From a virus (lineage: Duplodnaviria; Caudoviricetes): a stretch of DNA of 39,935 nucleotides. The first letter of the stretch is position 1. Every line of letters begins with the position of its first letter. The position numbers and the translations under genes are program-made. Under the pieces are notes generated by a model. The model did no database searches, had not been told where the DNA came from, and was given only the letters and a program-made list of their open reading frames with translations. The DNA lies in the IMG/VR virus record IMGVR_UViG_3300037722_000246, positions 1-39,935 of that record. One strand, written 5' to 3'. Shown here piece by piece: positions 10,052 through 19,331 of this stretch.

Positions 10052-10659
10052 CGTGGGGCATTTTGCTATTGGGGCGTGATGACATAATCAAAAGTCGGGC
10101 GAAACGGTATAAAGTGGCCTTGAATGTGGGCGATGCTCCTACCCTGCCATTTGACAGAACACTCATCACCAAGCCGGGAACGGCCGTTCCGTGGGAGTTG
10201 TTACCGGCAGCTTGGGAATTATTGGATAAATGGGATGCGGCTGTACCCTTTTGGGAGTATACCGAAACGGCCGTAAACGTTGGCAGTCATGAGGATCGGA
10301 AACGGACACAGGACGTTGTACGCGATTTGCGAGTTTTGTTACATGCGACTGAGTTGGTTTTTGTGAAAAAGAATCAAATGGGTATTGACCTTGTATCGTG
10401 CTGGCAAGATGAAATGATACAGGGTGGAGATGAACGGCTTGCATTTCTGAGAGCAACATACAAGGTCAAACCGCGTTTGTGCATCCTGCCAACCTCATGG
10501 CTAAATGCGCGGCGCGTGGTAGTGACTGCATTGCCACGTCAACCGCGGAATGCAGACAAGCCGCTGATTCGTGTTGAAATTCAGCCGGGCCGTTTTGTGA
10601 AATGTCACGAAGGTGATGAAAAAATGGTATTGGCTATGATGGATAGAGGACGGAGGTAG
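10048..10659 (+). CDS. hypothetical protein, possibly a degenerate GT-A-like fold
   Basis: 'W..EM..GGDERLAFLRATY' parallels 'W..EW..RDQGALLRALY' in the GT8-like gene; no clear DxD. Confidence 0.55.
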   Translation: MTWGILLLGRDDIIKSRAKRYKVALNVGDAPTLPFDRTLITKPGTAVPWELLPAAWELLDKWDAAVPFWEYTETAVNVGSHEDRKRTQDVVRDLRVLLHATELVFVKKNQMGIDLVSCWQDEMIQGGDERLAFLRATYKVKPRLCILPTSWLNARRVVVTALPRQPRNADKPLIRVEIQPGRFVKCHEGDEKMVLAMMDRGRR

Positions 10660-10661
10660 AT

Positions 10662-11057
10662 ATGGCTATTGTAAGTAAGAAAAGTTTTTCGATTGATGAT
10701 CAGAAAGCGCGACAGAGTAAGGGGCCGTTAATTCGTGTGGAACTGCGCCCGGGCCAATTCGTTAAAATGTATGAGGCCGATGCAATCGCGGCCGGGCACA
10801 TCAAACCAAAAACCGAACTGGCACAAAAGTCGATGCCAGCGCAAGAAAACAAAATGCGACTGCCTGAAACTGAGAAACAGGAAACGGCCGTTCCCCCTTC
10901 CCCTGATGACTTTGGGGAAATTGAAGGCGTGGGGCCTGCTACGGCGCGGCGGTTGATTGCGCAGGGCATTACCACGTTTGACGAGTTGCGAAATGCCGAC
11001 TTGTCTTTCTTGAACGACAAACAACGCGGTGCAATTGAGGAATGGCGGAATGGCTGA
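10662..11057 (+). CDS. helix-hairpin-helix domain protein
   Basis: DDFGEIEGVGPATARRLIAQGITTFDEL HhH motif; RBS GGAGG. Confidence 0.7.
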   Translation: MAIVSKKSFSIDDQKARQSKGPLIRVELRPGQFVKMYEADAIAAGHIKPKTELAQKSMPAQENKMRLPETEKQETAVPPSPDDFGEIEGVGPATARRLIAQGITTFDELRNADLSFLNDKQRGAIEEWRNG

Positions 11058-11655
11058 TTTTTGCACGGTTGACGATGTGGCGAGTTTCCTGCAGGTGTCA
11101 ATCACGACAGCGGCGCAAATTGCAGCGGCTGAACGTGCTGTTACCGAAGCAGCGGCAGCGATACGTAACTATACGAACCAGTATCTTGAATTGGTAGAGG
11201 ATGAGACAATCATGCTGGATTCACGCGGCGGCACGCGGTTGTTTTTGCCTGAGTTGCCAGTCACTGAGGTGACTGAAGTAGTTGAGGATGATGACACGTT
11301 AGTTGTCACGACTGATTACAAACTCGGACAATGGGGCATCCTGCACCGGGTAGGCGGCGCAAAGTGGGATAAAGGAATCCAGATTATTGAAGTCACATAC
11401 TCACATGGCTATGCTATACTGCCTGATGACATTATAGCGATTGCTACACGCGCGGCGGCGCGGGCGTATCAGGCGGGCCTGCGGGCGGCTGAGGGTGATG
11501 CGATTCCTGGTATATCATCACGGGCATTAGGTGATTTTAGTGTTAGCTATACGGCTGAAACTGGAGGCGGAGTAAGTGAAGGTGTTCTTGGTGCATCGGC
11601 AGCAAGGTTGCTGCTATTTTCTGAGAGGGATATTCTGAATGCATACAAGGTTTGA
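11050..11655 (+). CDS. head-tail adaptor
   Basis: MADFCTVDDV start, LPELPV, VTYSHGY, ALGDFSVSY; position after the head module. Confidence 0.8.
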   Translation: MADFCTVDDVASFLQVSITTAAQIAAAERAVTEAAAAIRNYTNQYLELVEDETIMLDSRGGTRLFLPELPVTEVTEVVEDDDTLVVTTDYKLGQWGILHRVGGAKWDKGIQIIEVTYSHGYAILPDDIIAIATRAAARAYQAGLRAAEGDAIPGISSRALGDFSVSYTAETGGGVSEGVLGASAARLLLFSERDILNAYKV

Positions 11656-11671
11656 GGCAATGAGTGGGAAA

Positions 11672-11701
11672 ATAAAAAAGTCCAATTATTCATTGGACTT
11701 T
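11672..11701 (-). terminator. intrinsic terminator, best on minus strand (possibly bidirectional)
   Basis: AAAGTCCAAT-TATTC-ATTGGACTTT stem; the A-run at 11674-11679 is a U-tract on the minus strand. Confidence 0.65.
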
Positions 11702-11703
11702 AT

Positions 11704-11768
11704 CCATGCCGGGCCTCGCCTCGCCGTACCTGACCCCGCCTTGCCTGGACATACCAAGCCATGCCGGG
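11704..11768. repeat. 13 tandem 5-bp units, 12 of the form CCNNN
   Basis: ccatg ccggg cctcg cctcg ccgta cctga ccccg ccttg cctgg acata ccaag ccatg ccggg. Confidence 0.85.
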
Positions 11769-11780
11769 AACATGAAATAA

Positions 11781-11789
11781 ATTATACCA
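11781..11789 (-). promoter_or_regulatory. extended -10 promoter (TGgTATAAT) on minus strand
   Basis: + strand ATTATACCA reads TGGTATAAT on the minus strand, pointing into the pentamer repeat; -35 is weak. Confidence 0.5.
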
Positions 11790-11808
11790 TGCCTATTGTG
11801 GAATTACC

Positions 11809-12162
11809 ATGACAGTCTTTGAATCACTCCTGAACAATGCCGGAACTGTTTACCGGCGTACTCGCACAAGCGACGGGCAAGGCGGATGGGAAATTGATTA
11901 TGCCTTGCACATAACAATACAAGGTCGTATTCGACCGGCTGGTAATACTGAACGCGACGTGGCCATGTTGGAAAATCGGCGCGTCACTCATGTGCTTTAC
12001 GTAGTGGCTGGCACTGACATCCAACGTGGCGATAGGGTGTACATTGGCGATTTGGTAGTGGACGTGGAAGCGATTAGAGAACCATCATTGGCAAATGAAC
12101 ATTTGGAAATTGATTGCATCGAATATCAGGTGGAAGCGGCAAATGTTGTAAGTGGCTCATGA
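11809..12162 (+). CDS. head-closure (head-tail joining) protein
   Basis: DGQGGW, DIQRGDRV, HLEIDC motifs; synteny. Confidence 0.8.
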   Translation: MTVFESLLNNAGTVYRRTRTSDGQGGWEIDYALHITIQGRIRPAGNTERDVAMLENRRVTHVLYVVAGTDIQRGDRVYIGDLVVDVEAIREPSLANEHLEIDCIEYQVEAANVVSGS

Positions 12163-12521
12163 TAATCAAAAAGTGGAATCCGCGAAAGGTAAAAGAAGAA
12201 ATTAAAGCCAACTTGGAACGCAATGGCGAGGCCGTTGGTGCATATGTACGGCAGGATGCACGGCGGCGTTTGCTGAGAATTGAGGAACCCGAATGGGGCA
12301 AGAAGTACCGGCGTGGGATAGTGGCTAATTTAATCGACTATGCCATTGATACAAGGTCCAATGAAGTTGACATTATCCTTACTGTAAAACCATCGCCTGA
12401 CACACGACATCATGGGTTTTATATCGAGACTGGCAGTCGAACGCACGGACCTCAGCCGTTTTTAAGACCGGCCGTTTTTGAGAACGGCAAAATTATTGTG
12501 AAACTCTTGGAACGCGGATGA
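12159..12521 (+). CDS. HK97 gp10-like neck/tail-completion protein
   Basis: IETGS..HGPQPFLRPA motif; ATGA overlap. Confidence 0.75.
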   Translation: MIIKKWNPRKVKEEIKANLERNGEAVGAYVRQDARRRLLRIEEPEWGKKYRRGIVANLIDYAIDTRSNEVDIILTVKPSPDTRHHGFYIETGSRTHGPQPFLRPAVFENGKIIVKLLERG

Positions 12522-12937
12522 GTATTTTAACGGCAGCAATCTACCAGAAATTAGCCAGCGATGTGACACTAACTGATATGCTGGCAACGTTTGGCGATGA
12601 ACCGGCAGTCTTTACGACCGATCCGGTTCCTGGCAGCGCTGAATTGCCTTATGTAGTATCGACTGGTGAAGTTTCACAGTCGCCATTTGATACCAAACAA
12701 ACGCGGGGCCGGTCGCTTATTCGTGACGTGCGTTGTTACGCGGCGGCGGATGGCAGTGCGGTTTTGATTGAAGCAATCGCCGAACGGGTGCGGGCATTAC
12801 TGCACCGGCAGGCGTTGACGATTAATGGTTATAGCTGGATGCTCTCGGATGTCACCGGGCCAATCGTGGCCGATGATGATGAGGTATACGGCAGAATAAT
12901 TAGTGTAAATATAGTAGTTCAACAAACGGAGGTTTGA
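12518..12937 (+). CDS. tail terminator (DUF3168-like)
   Basis: AIYQKL, LPYVV, IAERVRALLH; precedes the tail tube gene. Confidence 0.75.
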   Translation: MSILTAAIYQKLASDVTLTDMLATFGDEPAVFTTDPVPGSAELPYVVSTGEVSQSPFDTKQTRGRSLIRDVRCYAAADGSAVLIEAIAERVRALLHRQALTINGYSWMLSDVTGPIVADDDEVYGRIISVNIVVQQTEV

Positions 12938-12938
12938 C

Positions 12939-13361
12939 ATGGCTGATAGTGACGCTGGTGTAAGTGGCGCAAGATTTTTAGTATTGGTAAACACGGGAAC
13001 GCCTACGGTTCCGGTGTACACGGCCGTTGGTAGCCAACGGGACGCGACGATTGATGAGGCCAGTGACAATGTAGATTACTCCTCAAAAAATAGTCGGGCG
13101 CAGCGGGTAGGATATGGCCGGTATTCGACTACGTTGTCATTCGATCATCTGTACATCGAAGACGACGCTGGATATTTGGCCTTGAAAGCGGCCAATCGCA
13201 ATGGTGACATGATCCTGGTAGCCCGCGAATTGGACGATGTGGCACTGGAAACTGCAAATGCAAAAGTTGATTCGCTTGGTGAATCCTATCCCGATCAGGG
13301 TGAAAGCGTTGTCTCCTGTTCAATGACGGTTGATGGCGAGTGGACTGAGGTAGGCACATAA
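12939..13361 (+). CDS. major tail tube protein (TP901-1-like)
   Basis: VGSQRDATI...DYSSK, 140 aa, RBS GGAGG. Confidence 0.8.
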   Translation: MADSDAGVSGARFLVLVNTGTPTVPVYTAVGSQRDATIDEASDNVDYSSKNSRAQRVGYGRYSTTLSFDHLYIEDDAGYLALKAANRNGDMILVARELDDVALETANAKVDSLGESYPDQGESVVSCSMTVDGEWTEVGT

Positions 13362-13684
13362 TGGCGGCACGGGGTGAAGGGATTATCGTAGGGGAAGGCC
13401 AGGAAGTGAATGTGCTGTTCACTAATCGGACAATTGGCCGGGCTGAATCCCAGATCGGGAAAAGCATTAAAATTATTATCAGCAATGGTCTTCAAGAATT
13501 GGGTATGTCCGAATTGGCCATTTTCTTGCGAGTGGGTATGCAAGAGGCTGCCGATAAAAATATCAGTTTAGATGATGCGTATGATGTAATTGATATGGCT
13601 GGTTTTTTGTCTGTAAATAATGTCATTACAAAATGTTTGATGTCAGTTCTGAGTTTTTCTCAAAACAGTGATGACCCAAACTGA
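13361..13684 (+). CDS. tail assembly chaperone (gpG-like)
   Basis: Lies between tail tube and tape measure; ends in the in-frame slippery heptamer C CCA AAC. Confidence 0.8.
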   Translation: MAARGEGIIVGEGQEVNVLFTNRTIGRAESQIGKSIKIIISNGLQELGMSELAIFLRVGMQEAADKNISLDDAYDVIDMAGFLSVNNVITKCLMSVLSFSQNSDDPN

Positions 13685-14034
13685 GTCATGAGATTGTCAT
13701 CATACGTGATTTAGACAATCTCATGATTCAGGCATTGCGTTGTGGTTGTACTGTTTCTGAATTTTGGAGCATGACACCAGTTGAGGCATACAAATTTATT
13801 GAGGCGACTAATTGGCGTCATAAACAATTGGAGCAACGTGAGATAACAATGGCTTGGTTAACGGCGGCATTGACACGTACTAAACGATTACCAAAATTAA
13901 AGCCATTATTGGCACAAACAAAACGGCCAAAAAAATTAACTGGTGAACAGTTGCAAGAACGGCGGCGAGAGTTTAAGGAATTGGCTACGCCTGAGAAATT
14001 AGCACGGATAAATGAGGCCATGAAACGCAAATGA
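13675..14034 (+). CDS. tail assembly chaperone -1 frameshift extension (gpGT-like)
   Basis: -1 frame is open from 13675 through ORF 13723..14034, which has an FWSMTPVE motif; 13-bp hairpin follows the slippery site. Confidence 0.75.
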   Translation, partial: PKLSHEIVIIRDLDNLMIQALRCGCTVSEFWSMTPVEAYKFIEATNWRHKQLEQREITMAWLTAALTRTKRLPKLKPLLAQTKRPKKLTGEQLQERRREFKELATPEKLARINEAMKRK

Positions 14035-16472
14035 GCAGCCAATTAGGTGAAGCATTCGTCCCGATCCGGGCAACGCTAGACAAGCTCGATAAGGATATGG
14101 CTCAGGCTAGAAATAAAATAGATTCTGGCTTGAAAAAATCCGAATCATCAGCAAAATCATTTGGGTCTGTTTTGGGCAAACTGGCGGCTACAGGCGCCTT
14201 GCTGGAAATCGGCAGGCAGGCGCTTAGACTAGGCAAGGCCAGTATTGAAACTGCATCAGACATAGAAGAAGCTGCATCAAAATTCAATTATGTTTTTGGC
14301 CCTGCTGCTGAAAGCACTGGAAACAGGCTAGATGATTTTGCTGAGGCTGCTAATCGTAGTCGTTTTGAAATGCGGTCAATGGCTGCCGATGTGGGGGCGC
14401 TTACTGAATCTACATTGGGTAGCAAGGAAGCTGCGGGGGAAATGGCAGTAGCTGTTTCTGAGTTGGCTGTTGATCTGGCCAGTTTCAATAATGTTACTGA
14501 AGATGAAGCGTTAACTGCGTTAAAAGCCGGGTTGATTGGTGAAGCCGAACCTATGCGGCGGTTTGGTGTTTTGTTGTCTGCTGCCGCTGTTGAATCTCGT
14601 GTATTAGCTGATGGCATGGCAAATAGTAAATCAGAAATAACTGATGCTATGAAAGTCCAGGCACGCTATAACATTATTATGGAGCAAACAGCGACAGCGC
14701 AGGGCGACGCTATTCGTACATCTGATAGTTACGCCAATGTCAGTCGAGGGTTAGAGGCAGCAACTCAAGAACTATTAGCAGCGATTGGTCAAGGTTTGCT
14801 TCCAGCGGCAACAGAGACAAAAGAGGTTATGACTGATTTAGTTCGTCAGTTTACTGATTTTGTGAAAATCGCTAGTACTGGAGCCGATCAAGTGCGTGAA
14901 TCTGCTGATGCTGGTATGGAGCAAGCAGAAACATTTGATGAGGTTGCCGATAGATTGGCGCGTGTTAATGAATCATATCGACTATCAAGAACATTACTAG
15001 GTCGATTTACTGGCACACAAGATGAGGTACATGATGCATTAGAGGATACCATTAAATCATTAGTTGCTACGTCTGACAATTATGAAACATTTATTAAAGC
15101 AACAGAGGAAGCTGGATTAACTACAACAGATGTTGCAAATATTATGAATTTGTTTGAATCAGATTTACATGGCAATACTGAAGCGTGGTATGAATTGGCG
15201 GCAGCTCAGGCAGAAGTAATTAAGGCTGGCGAGGAAGTTGGTATTGTTGATCAGAATTTAGCGAATTATATATCTGATACAACTACAGTAACGGACGAGC
15301 TTGTTGATTCGACTGTTTCGATTAGCGAGGCGTGGAGTCATCAACCAACCATAATTGAACGGTTGAATAGTCGGTATAAAGAATTAAAACAGAATGCCGA
15401 AAACCAACGAATTGCAAATGAGGGATTGCTTGAATCTTATCAAGATATTTTAGATGGTAACACTTTATTAATTAGTAGTTACGATAAACTTGGTGAACAA
15501 TTTTATACTGTCGGAGGAAGAACGGCCGATCAAAATGAAAATTTAGAAGAACTCAGAAAAGAATACAATAATGTACAAGAGAGCATTCGTAGTTTGCAGG
15601 GAGGAACTGCCAGTTTAGGATTAACTGAAGACGAACTAAATGAAAAGTTAGCCAAGCAACAGGAGCGTGCTAATGAATTAGTTATGGCAATGGCTCCGCT
15701 CGAAGCCATAAAGGGAGATGTTGCTTCTCGTGATATTGAGCTTGCTTTCAACATGGAGGCTGTTAATCAGGCCATGTATGATGCTGCCGTACAAGCTGGT
15801 GCAGATGTTGAGGCAATCGCACGGCTTGATATTGCACGAGGCAATCTAACAAAAACACAGGCAGAGGCGATTTTGATGGAGGCAATGGTTCGCGGGGAGG
15901 CCGAACGACTAGGCCAAGCATACGCCGATGGAACGATTACTGTTCAGGAAATGGATGCTCAAATGCAAGACTTCATCACGACGCTGATGAGTACGCCTCC
16001 CGATGTGTCAACAAAAGTTAGTGTTGAGACGGCGGAAGCTCATGACAAATTAGATAAGTTAATTAGGAAGTTGGTTAACTTCGATGGCAAAACATTTCGA
16101 GCTAGGGCAGAGGTAACAACAAGTGGCAGCGTTCCTGGAGACAGTGGCGGCAGCGATGGAAAGGGTGACAATAAAAACAATAATCATGCGACTGGAACAA
16201 ATGGATGGCTAACCGTTCCGTCTGGATTTGCAAATGATAGCTATACAGTTGGATTAAGTAGCGGCGAAATGTATGCAGTTATTCCCGATGGTATGTCATT
16301 CGCAACACAAGTTATCGAGAGAGGATCGCCTAATATTGGGGCCGGGGTGACAATTCAGGTGGATGCAAGGGGCAGCACTGATCCGCGTGAAGTTGAGCGG
16401 CGTGTAGAGAGCGCGGTTGATCGCGCATTGAAACGGGCAGGCCTGGATGCGGACCGTAGGATACGAACATGA
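14031..16472 (+). CDS. tape measure protein
   Basis: 813 aa, Ala-rich and helical; DLASFNN, GEAEPMRRFGV, AQGDAIRT motifs. Confidence 0.9.
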   Translation: MSSQLGEAFVPIRATLDKLDKDMAQARNKIDSGLKKSESSAKSFGSVLGKLAATGALLEIGRQALRLGKASIETASDIEEAASKFNYVFGPAAESTGNRLDDFAEAANRSRFEMRSMAADVGALTESTLGSKEAAGEMAVAVSELAVDLASFNNVTEDEALTALKAGLIGEAEPMRRFGVLLSAAAVESRVLADGMANSKSEITDAMKVQARYNIIMEQTATAQGDAIRTSDSYANVSRGLEAATQELLAAIGQGLLPAATETKEVMTDLVRQFTDFVKIASTGADQVRESADAGMEQAETFDEVADRLARVNESYRLSRTLLGRFTGTQDEVHDALEDTIKSLVATSDNYETFIKATEEAGLTTTDVANIMNLFESDLHGNTEAWYELAAAQAEVIKAGEEVGIVDQNLANYISDTTTVTDELVDSTVSISEAWSHQPTIIERLNSRYKELKQNAENQRIANEGLLESYQDILDGNTLLISSYDKLGEQFYTVGGRTADQNENLEELRKEYNNVQESIRSLQGGTASLGLTEDELNEKLAKQQERANELVMAMAPLEAIKGDVASRDIELAFNMEAVNQAMYDAAVQAGADVEAIARLDIARGNLTKTQAEAILMEAMVRGEAERLGQAYADGTITVQEMDAQMQDFITTLMSTPPDVSTKVSVETAEAHDKLDKLIRKLVNFDGKTFRARAEVTTSGSVPGDSGGSDGKGDNKNNNHATGTNGWLTVPSGFANDSYTVGLSSGEMYAVIPDGMSFATQVIERGSPNIGAGVTIQVDARGSTDPREVERRVESAVDRALKRAGLDADRRIRT

Positions 16473-17803
16473 CAGCACGGGTAACAAAGATTACTGATGG
16501 CACAACGACAGTTGATTTTGAAAGCACAACCAGTGGCTATGTGATTTTGCGGCATAGATTGGCGACGGCGCAAAGAGATGAAACCAGTCCCGAGCTATGG
16601 ACGCGGGTTGATGAGGTGTTGGAAATCTCAGTAGAGGGCAGTACTCAAACCGAACTGGCACAACGACTAGAACGGCTGACACAACTCATTGAACAGGCGC
16701 GGCGGTTGATGCGCGGTGAAAACGTCACGCCGGTTATTTTTCAATATCGCATTGATGATTCGGCATTGGCCGATCCGCTTCAGTCACTAATTGTCGGACC
16801 GGCTGAATCAGGCGACGTGTTGACGTTACCAGATTCGTTTGACAACTATACGCAACTAAAGACAGGAGACGCGGGCGATCCGGTGGTGTGGCAATTCAGG
16901 CGACGGGGCGCATTACTAGGAGATGAGGAAACAAGAAGTCGCACAAACGGAACAATTAACAATCCAGGCGTGATGACACCATCTAGCAATTTTACGGACA
17001 CGCTTACAGTTCCATCACCGTATATATTTTCTTTTACGCTCAGTCCGGCAGTCGGGCAAAAAACGGACGGATTGTTACTATGTGCAAAAAGTAGCTCTTT
17101 CCTAAAATTACTAGAGGGCGAGGATGGGAGTGGAACGAATTTTAGTTCGGAGGCTCTGGCTACTACGGAAAGCGATAGCCATGTTGGGCGCTACTCGCCT
17201 GCCGATGCTAATCCGAATGCAATTGAATGGACAATTACCGGCCTTGATACCAGCGTGCGACGATTGGGGGTTGTAATTAATCTGCAAAATCATAGCAGTA
17301 CGATTACATATAAAATTAGAGCGAGATGCGAAACCGGCGCGTACAGTCGAATGAGGATTGTTGGAACCAATGATAATAATCCTCAGGCGTTTTTGTACGG
17401 CATAGTAGCATCTTCCTACAGAGCGATCACTACACTGACCATTGAAATAACTGCCGGCGCAATAGGTGCTGGCGGGAATGAATTGGATATTGATACCATT
17501 GGTATAGTTGCACTCGATAATGATGCCGGAAATATCATTGCACTGAGGGACTTAGGAATAACGGCAACGGACCCGATAATTGATCATGCGTCTTTGACTG
17601 CACGGCGTCCGATTGTGCGCGACAATGGCAATAACGGGAAGTCGTACAGCGGCAATGCTTACCTGTCAAGTCTGGGCAATACGGCCGCATTTTTGATGTT
17701 GGCAAACACACTTGGTGAGTGGAATATTACGGACGGGGCAGGGACGCGGGTAGCCGTTGGATTTTCAATGACGCGTCGCCCCGCCTACCTGATACCACGA
17801 TGA
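16469..17803 (+). CDS. minor tail protein (distal-tail-like)
   Basis: Directly after tape measure; beta-rich, 444 aa. Confidence 0.55.
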   Translation: MTARVTKITDGTTTVDFESTTSGYVILRHRLATAQRDETSPELWTRVDEVLEISVEGSTQTELAQRLERLTQLIEQARRLMRGENVTPVIFQYRIDDSALADPLQSLIVGPAESGDVLTLPDSFDNYTQLKTGDAGDPVVWQFRRRGALLGDEETRSRTNGTINNPGVMTPSSNFTDTLTVPSPYIFSFTLSPAVGQKTDGLLLCAKSSSFLKLLEGEDGSGTNFSSEALATTESDSHVGRYSPADANPNAIEWTITGLDTSVRRLGVVINLQNHSSTITYKIRARCETGAYSRMRIVGTNDNNPQAFLYGIVASSYRAITTLTIEITAGAIGAGGNELDIDTIGIVALDNDAGNIIALRDLGITATDPIIDHASLTARRPIVRDNGNNGKSYSGNAYLSSLGNTAAFLMLANTLGEWNITDGAGTRVAVGFSMTRRPAYLIPR

Positions 17804-19323
17804 CACTATCACTACAGATTTACGCAGACTATACAAGGTCACAACTCCTTGCCGATTACAGCGAGTACCCGTTTCGCTTTTCCACAAACGCACATGGGTT
17901 CGCAAGTTTAGAAGTGCCGTTCGTGCCTGAGAGTTTGCCGGATGCATTTGCCGTTTACGATTGGCCGGGAACACCGTGGGCAGTCGTCACTGGTGACGAT
18001 GGTACGGCCTGGGAGGGGCGGCTTGAGGACATTACCATTGTGCCGGGCGGGGTGCAATTGGCGGCGCTGGGCGCGTGGCGGGCGCTGGGGGATGTGCCGT
18101 ATACGGCGCTATGGTCAAAAACGGGGATGGCTGATTGGCGGGAAATAAAATCAACTGACATTGCAGGCATTTTTGAAAAAATCTTTTCTGTTGACAATAA
18201 CAACCGGATTTATATAACGACAAAAAAAGGCAAAACATACGCAGCCGGGCTGCGTGTTGGTGGCATGGTCTACGATGCACCACACCTGAGCATACGGGAT
18301 ATGGTACATGTGTCATTTGATTACGTATTTAATGCGCCGGCTAATTATACAGCGACCTGTACTGCATACAATGGATTTGCTAGCGGTGTCAGTGTGTGGA
18401 GTTTGACTAGTACTGGTGCGCTATTATCCGGTAGTGTATCTCAGGCATTTACTGGCCGGCAGCAGCTATTATTTCATATGACGGTTCCGCTGGCGACAAC
18501 AGAAACGGCCGAGGACGGCGCTAATTATTTACGTATCACCAATCTCCGCATAAAAACAACATCCGTTGCCACCGTCCTGGCCTCCAACATCGCCACCGCG
18601 TTAGTCGGCTACGTCAACGGCGTCAACCCCGGCCAACTCAGCAGCAGCACGGCATTAATCGAGGCAACGACCGACGATTTGCAAGATGAGATTTATGAAG
18701 ACATCTATCCAGCCGATATCCTGGATCGGCTGGCATTTCTGCACGGATACGAGGTCGGGGTTTGGGAAAATCGCCAACTCTATTTCCGGCCAAAAGGCAG
18801 CGCCGGGCGGCATTGGTATGTTGATGTGACAAAAATCCTTAACCTACAGCGCAGCCTGGAGAATATCCGCAATAGTGCCTATGGCATTTATCAGGATGCA
18901 AATGGGCGCACACTGAGAACGGCCGTAGCTGATGATGCTGATAGTCAGGCGCGGCTTGGCATCGTCCGCCGTGCGCCGGTTGAAGTGAGAACGACAAGCG
19001 CAACTCAGGCGGAGACGCATCGGGATGTGTTTTTGACTGACCGGGCGAATTTCCAAACGCGGGCGGAGATTGAATTTGAGACATTGGAAGATGAAGCTGG
19101 CGCGGAATATCCGCTTTACATGATGCGGGCCGGTGACACGGTGACAATGCGAAATTTGCCGCCGGTACTATCAGAGGCGATTGACAATATCAGAACATTC
19201 TTAATTGGTGAAACAGAAATACAGCACATACAAGGTCAACCGCTTTCTATCAGCATGAAACCAGAAACACCAGTGCCAACATTGGTAACATTAGTGGCCC
19301 GGCGCGATGCGGGATTAAAGTGA
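17800..19323 (+). CDS. minor tail / tail-tip hub protein
   Basis: WEGRLED, MRAGDTV motifs; ATGA overlap; synteny. Confidence 0.6.
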   Translation: MTLSLQIYADYTRSQLLADYSEYPFRFSTNAHGFASLEVPFVPESLPDAFAVYDWPGTPWAVVTGDDGTAWEGRLEDITIVPGGVQLAALGAWRALGDVPYTALWSKTGMADWREIKSTDIAGIFEKIFSVDNNNRIYITTKKGKTYAAGLRVGGMVYDAPHLSIRDMVHVSFDYVFNAPANYTATCTAYNGFASGVSVWSLTSTGALLSGSVSQAFTGRQQLLFHMTVPLATTETAEDGANYLRITNLRIKTTSVATVLASNIATALVGYVNGVNPGQLSSSTALIEATTDDLQDEIYEDIYPADILDRLAFLHGYEVGVWENRQLYFRPKGSAGRHWYVDVTKILNLQRSLENIRNSAYGIYQDANGRTLRTAVADDADSQARLGIVRRAPVEVRTTSATQAETHRDVFLTDRANFQTRAEIEFETLEDEAGAEYPLYMMRAGDTVTMRNLPPVLSEAIDNIRTFLIGETEIQHIQGQPLSISMKPETPVPTLVTLVARRDAGLK

Positions 19324-19331
19324 GGTAAAAA

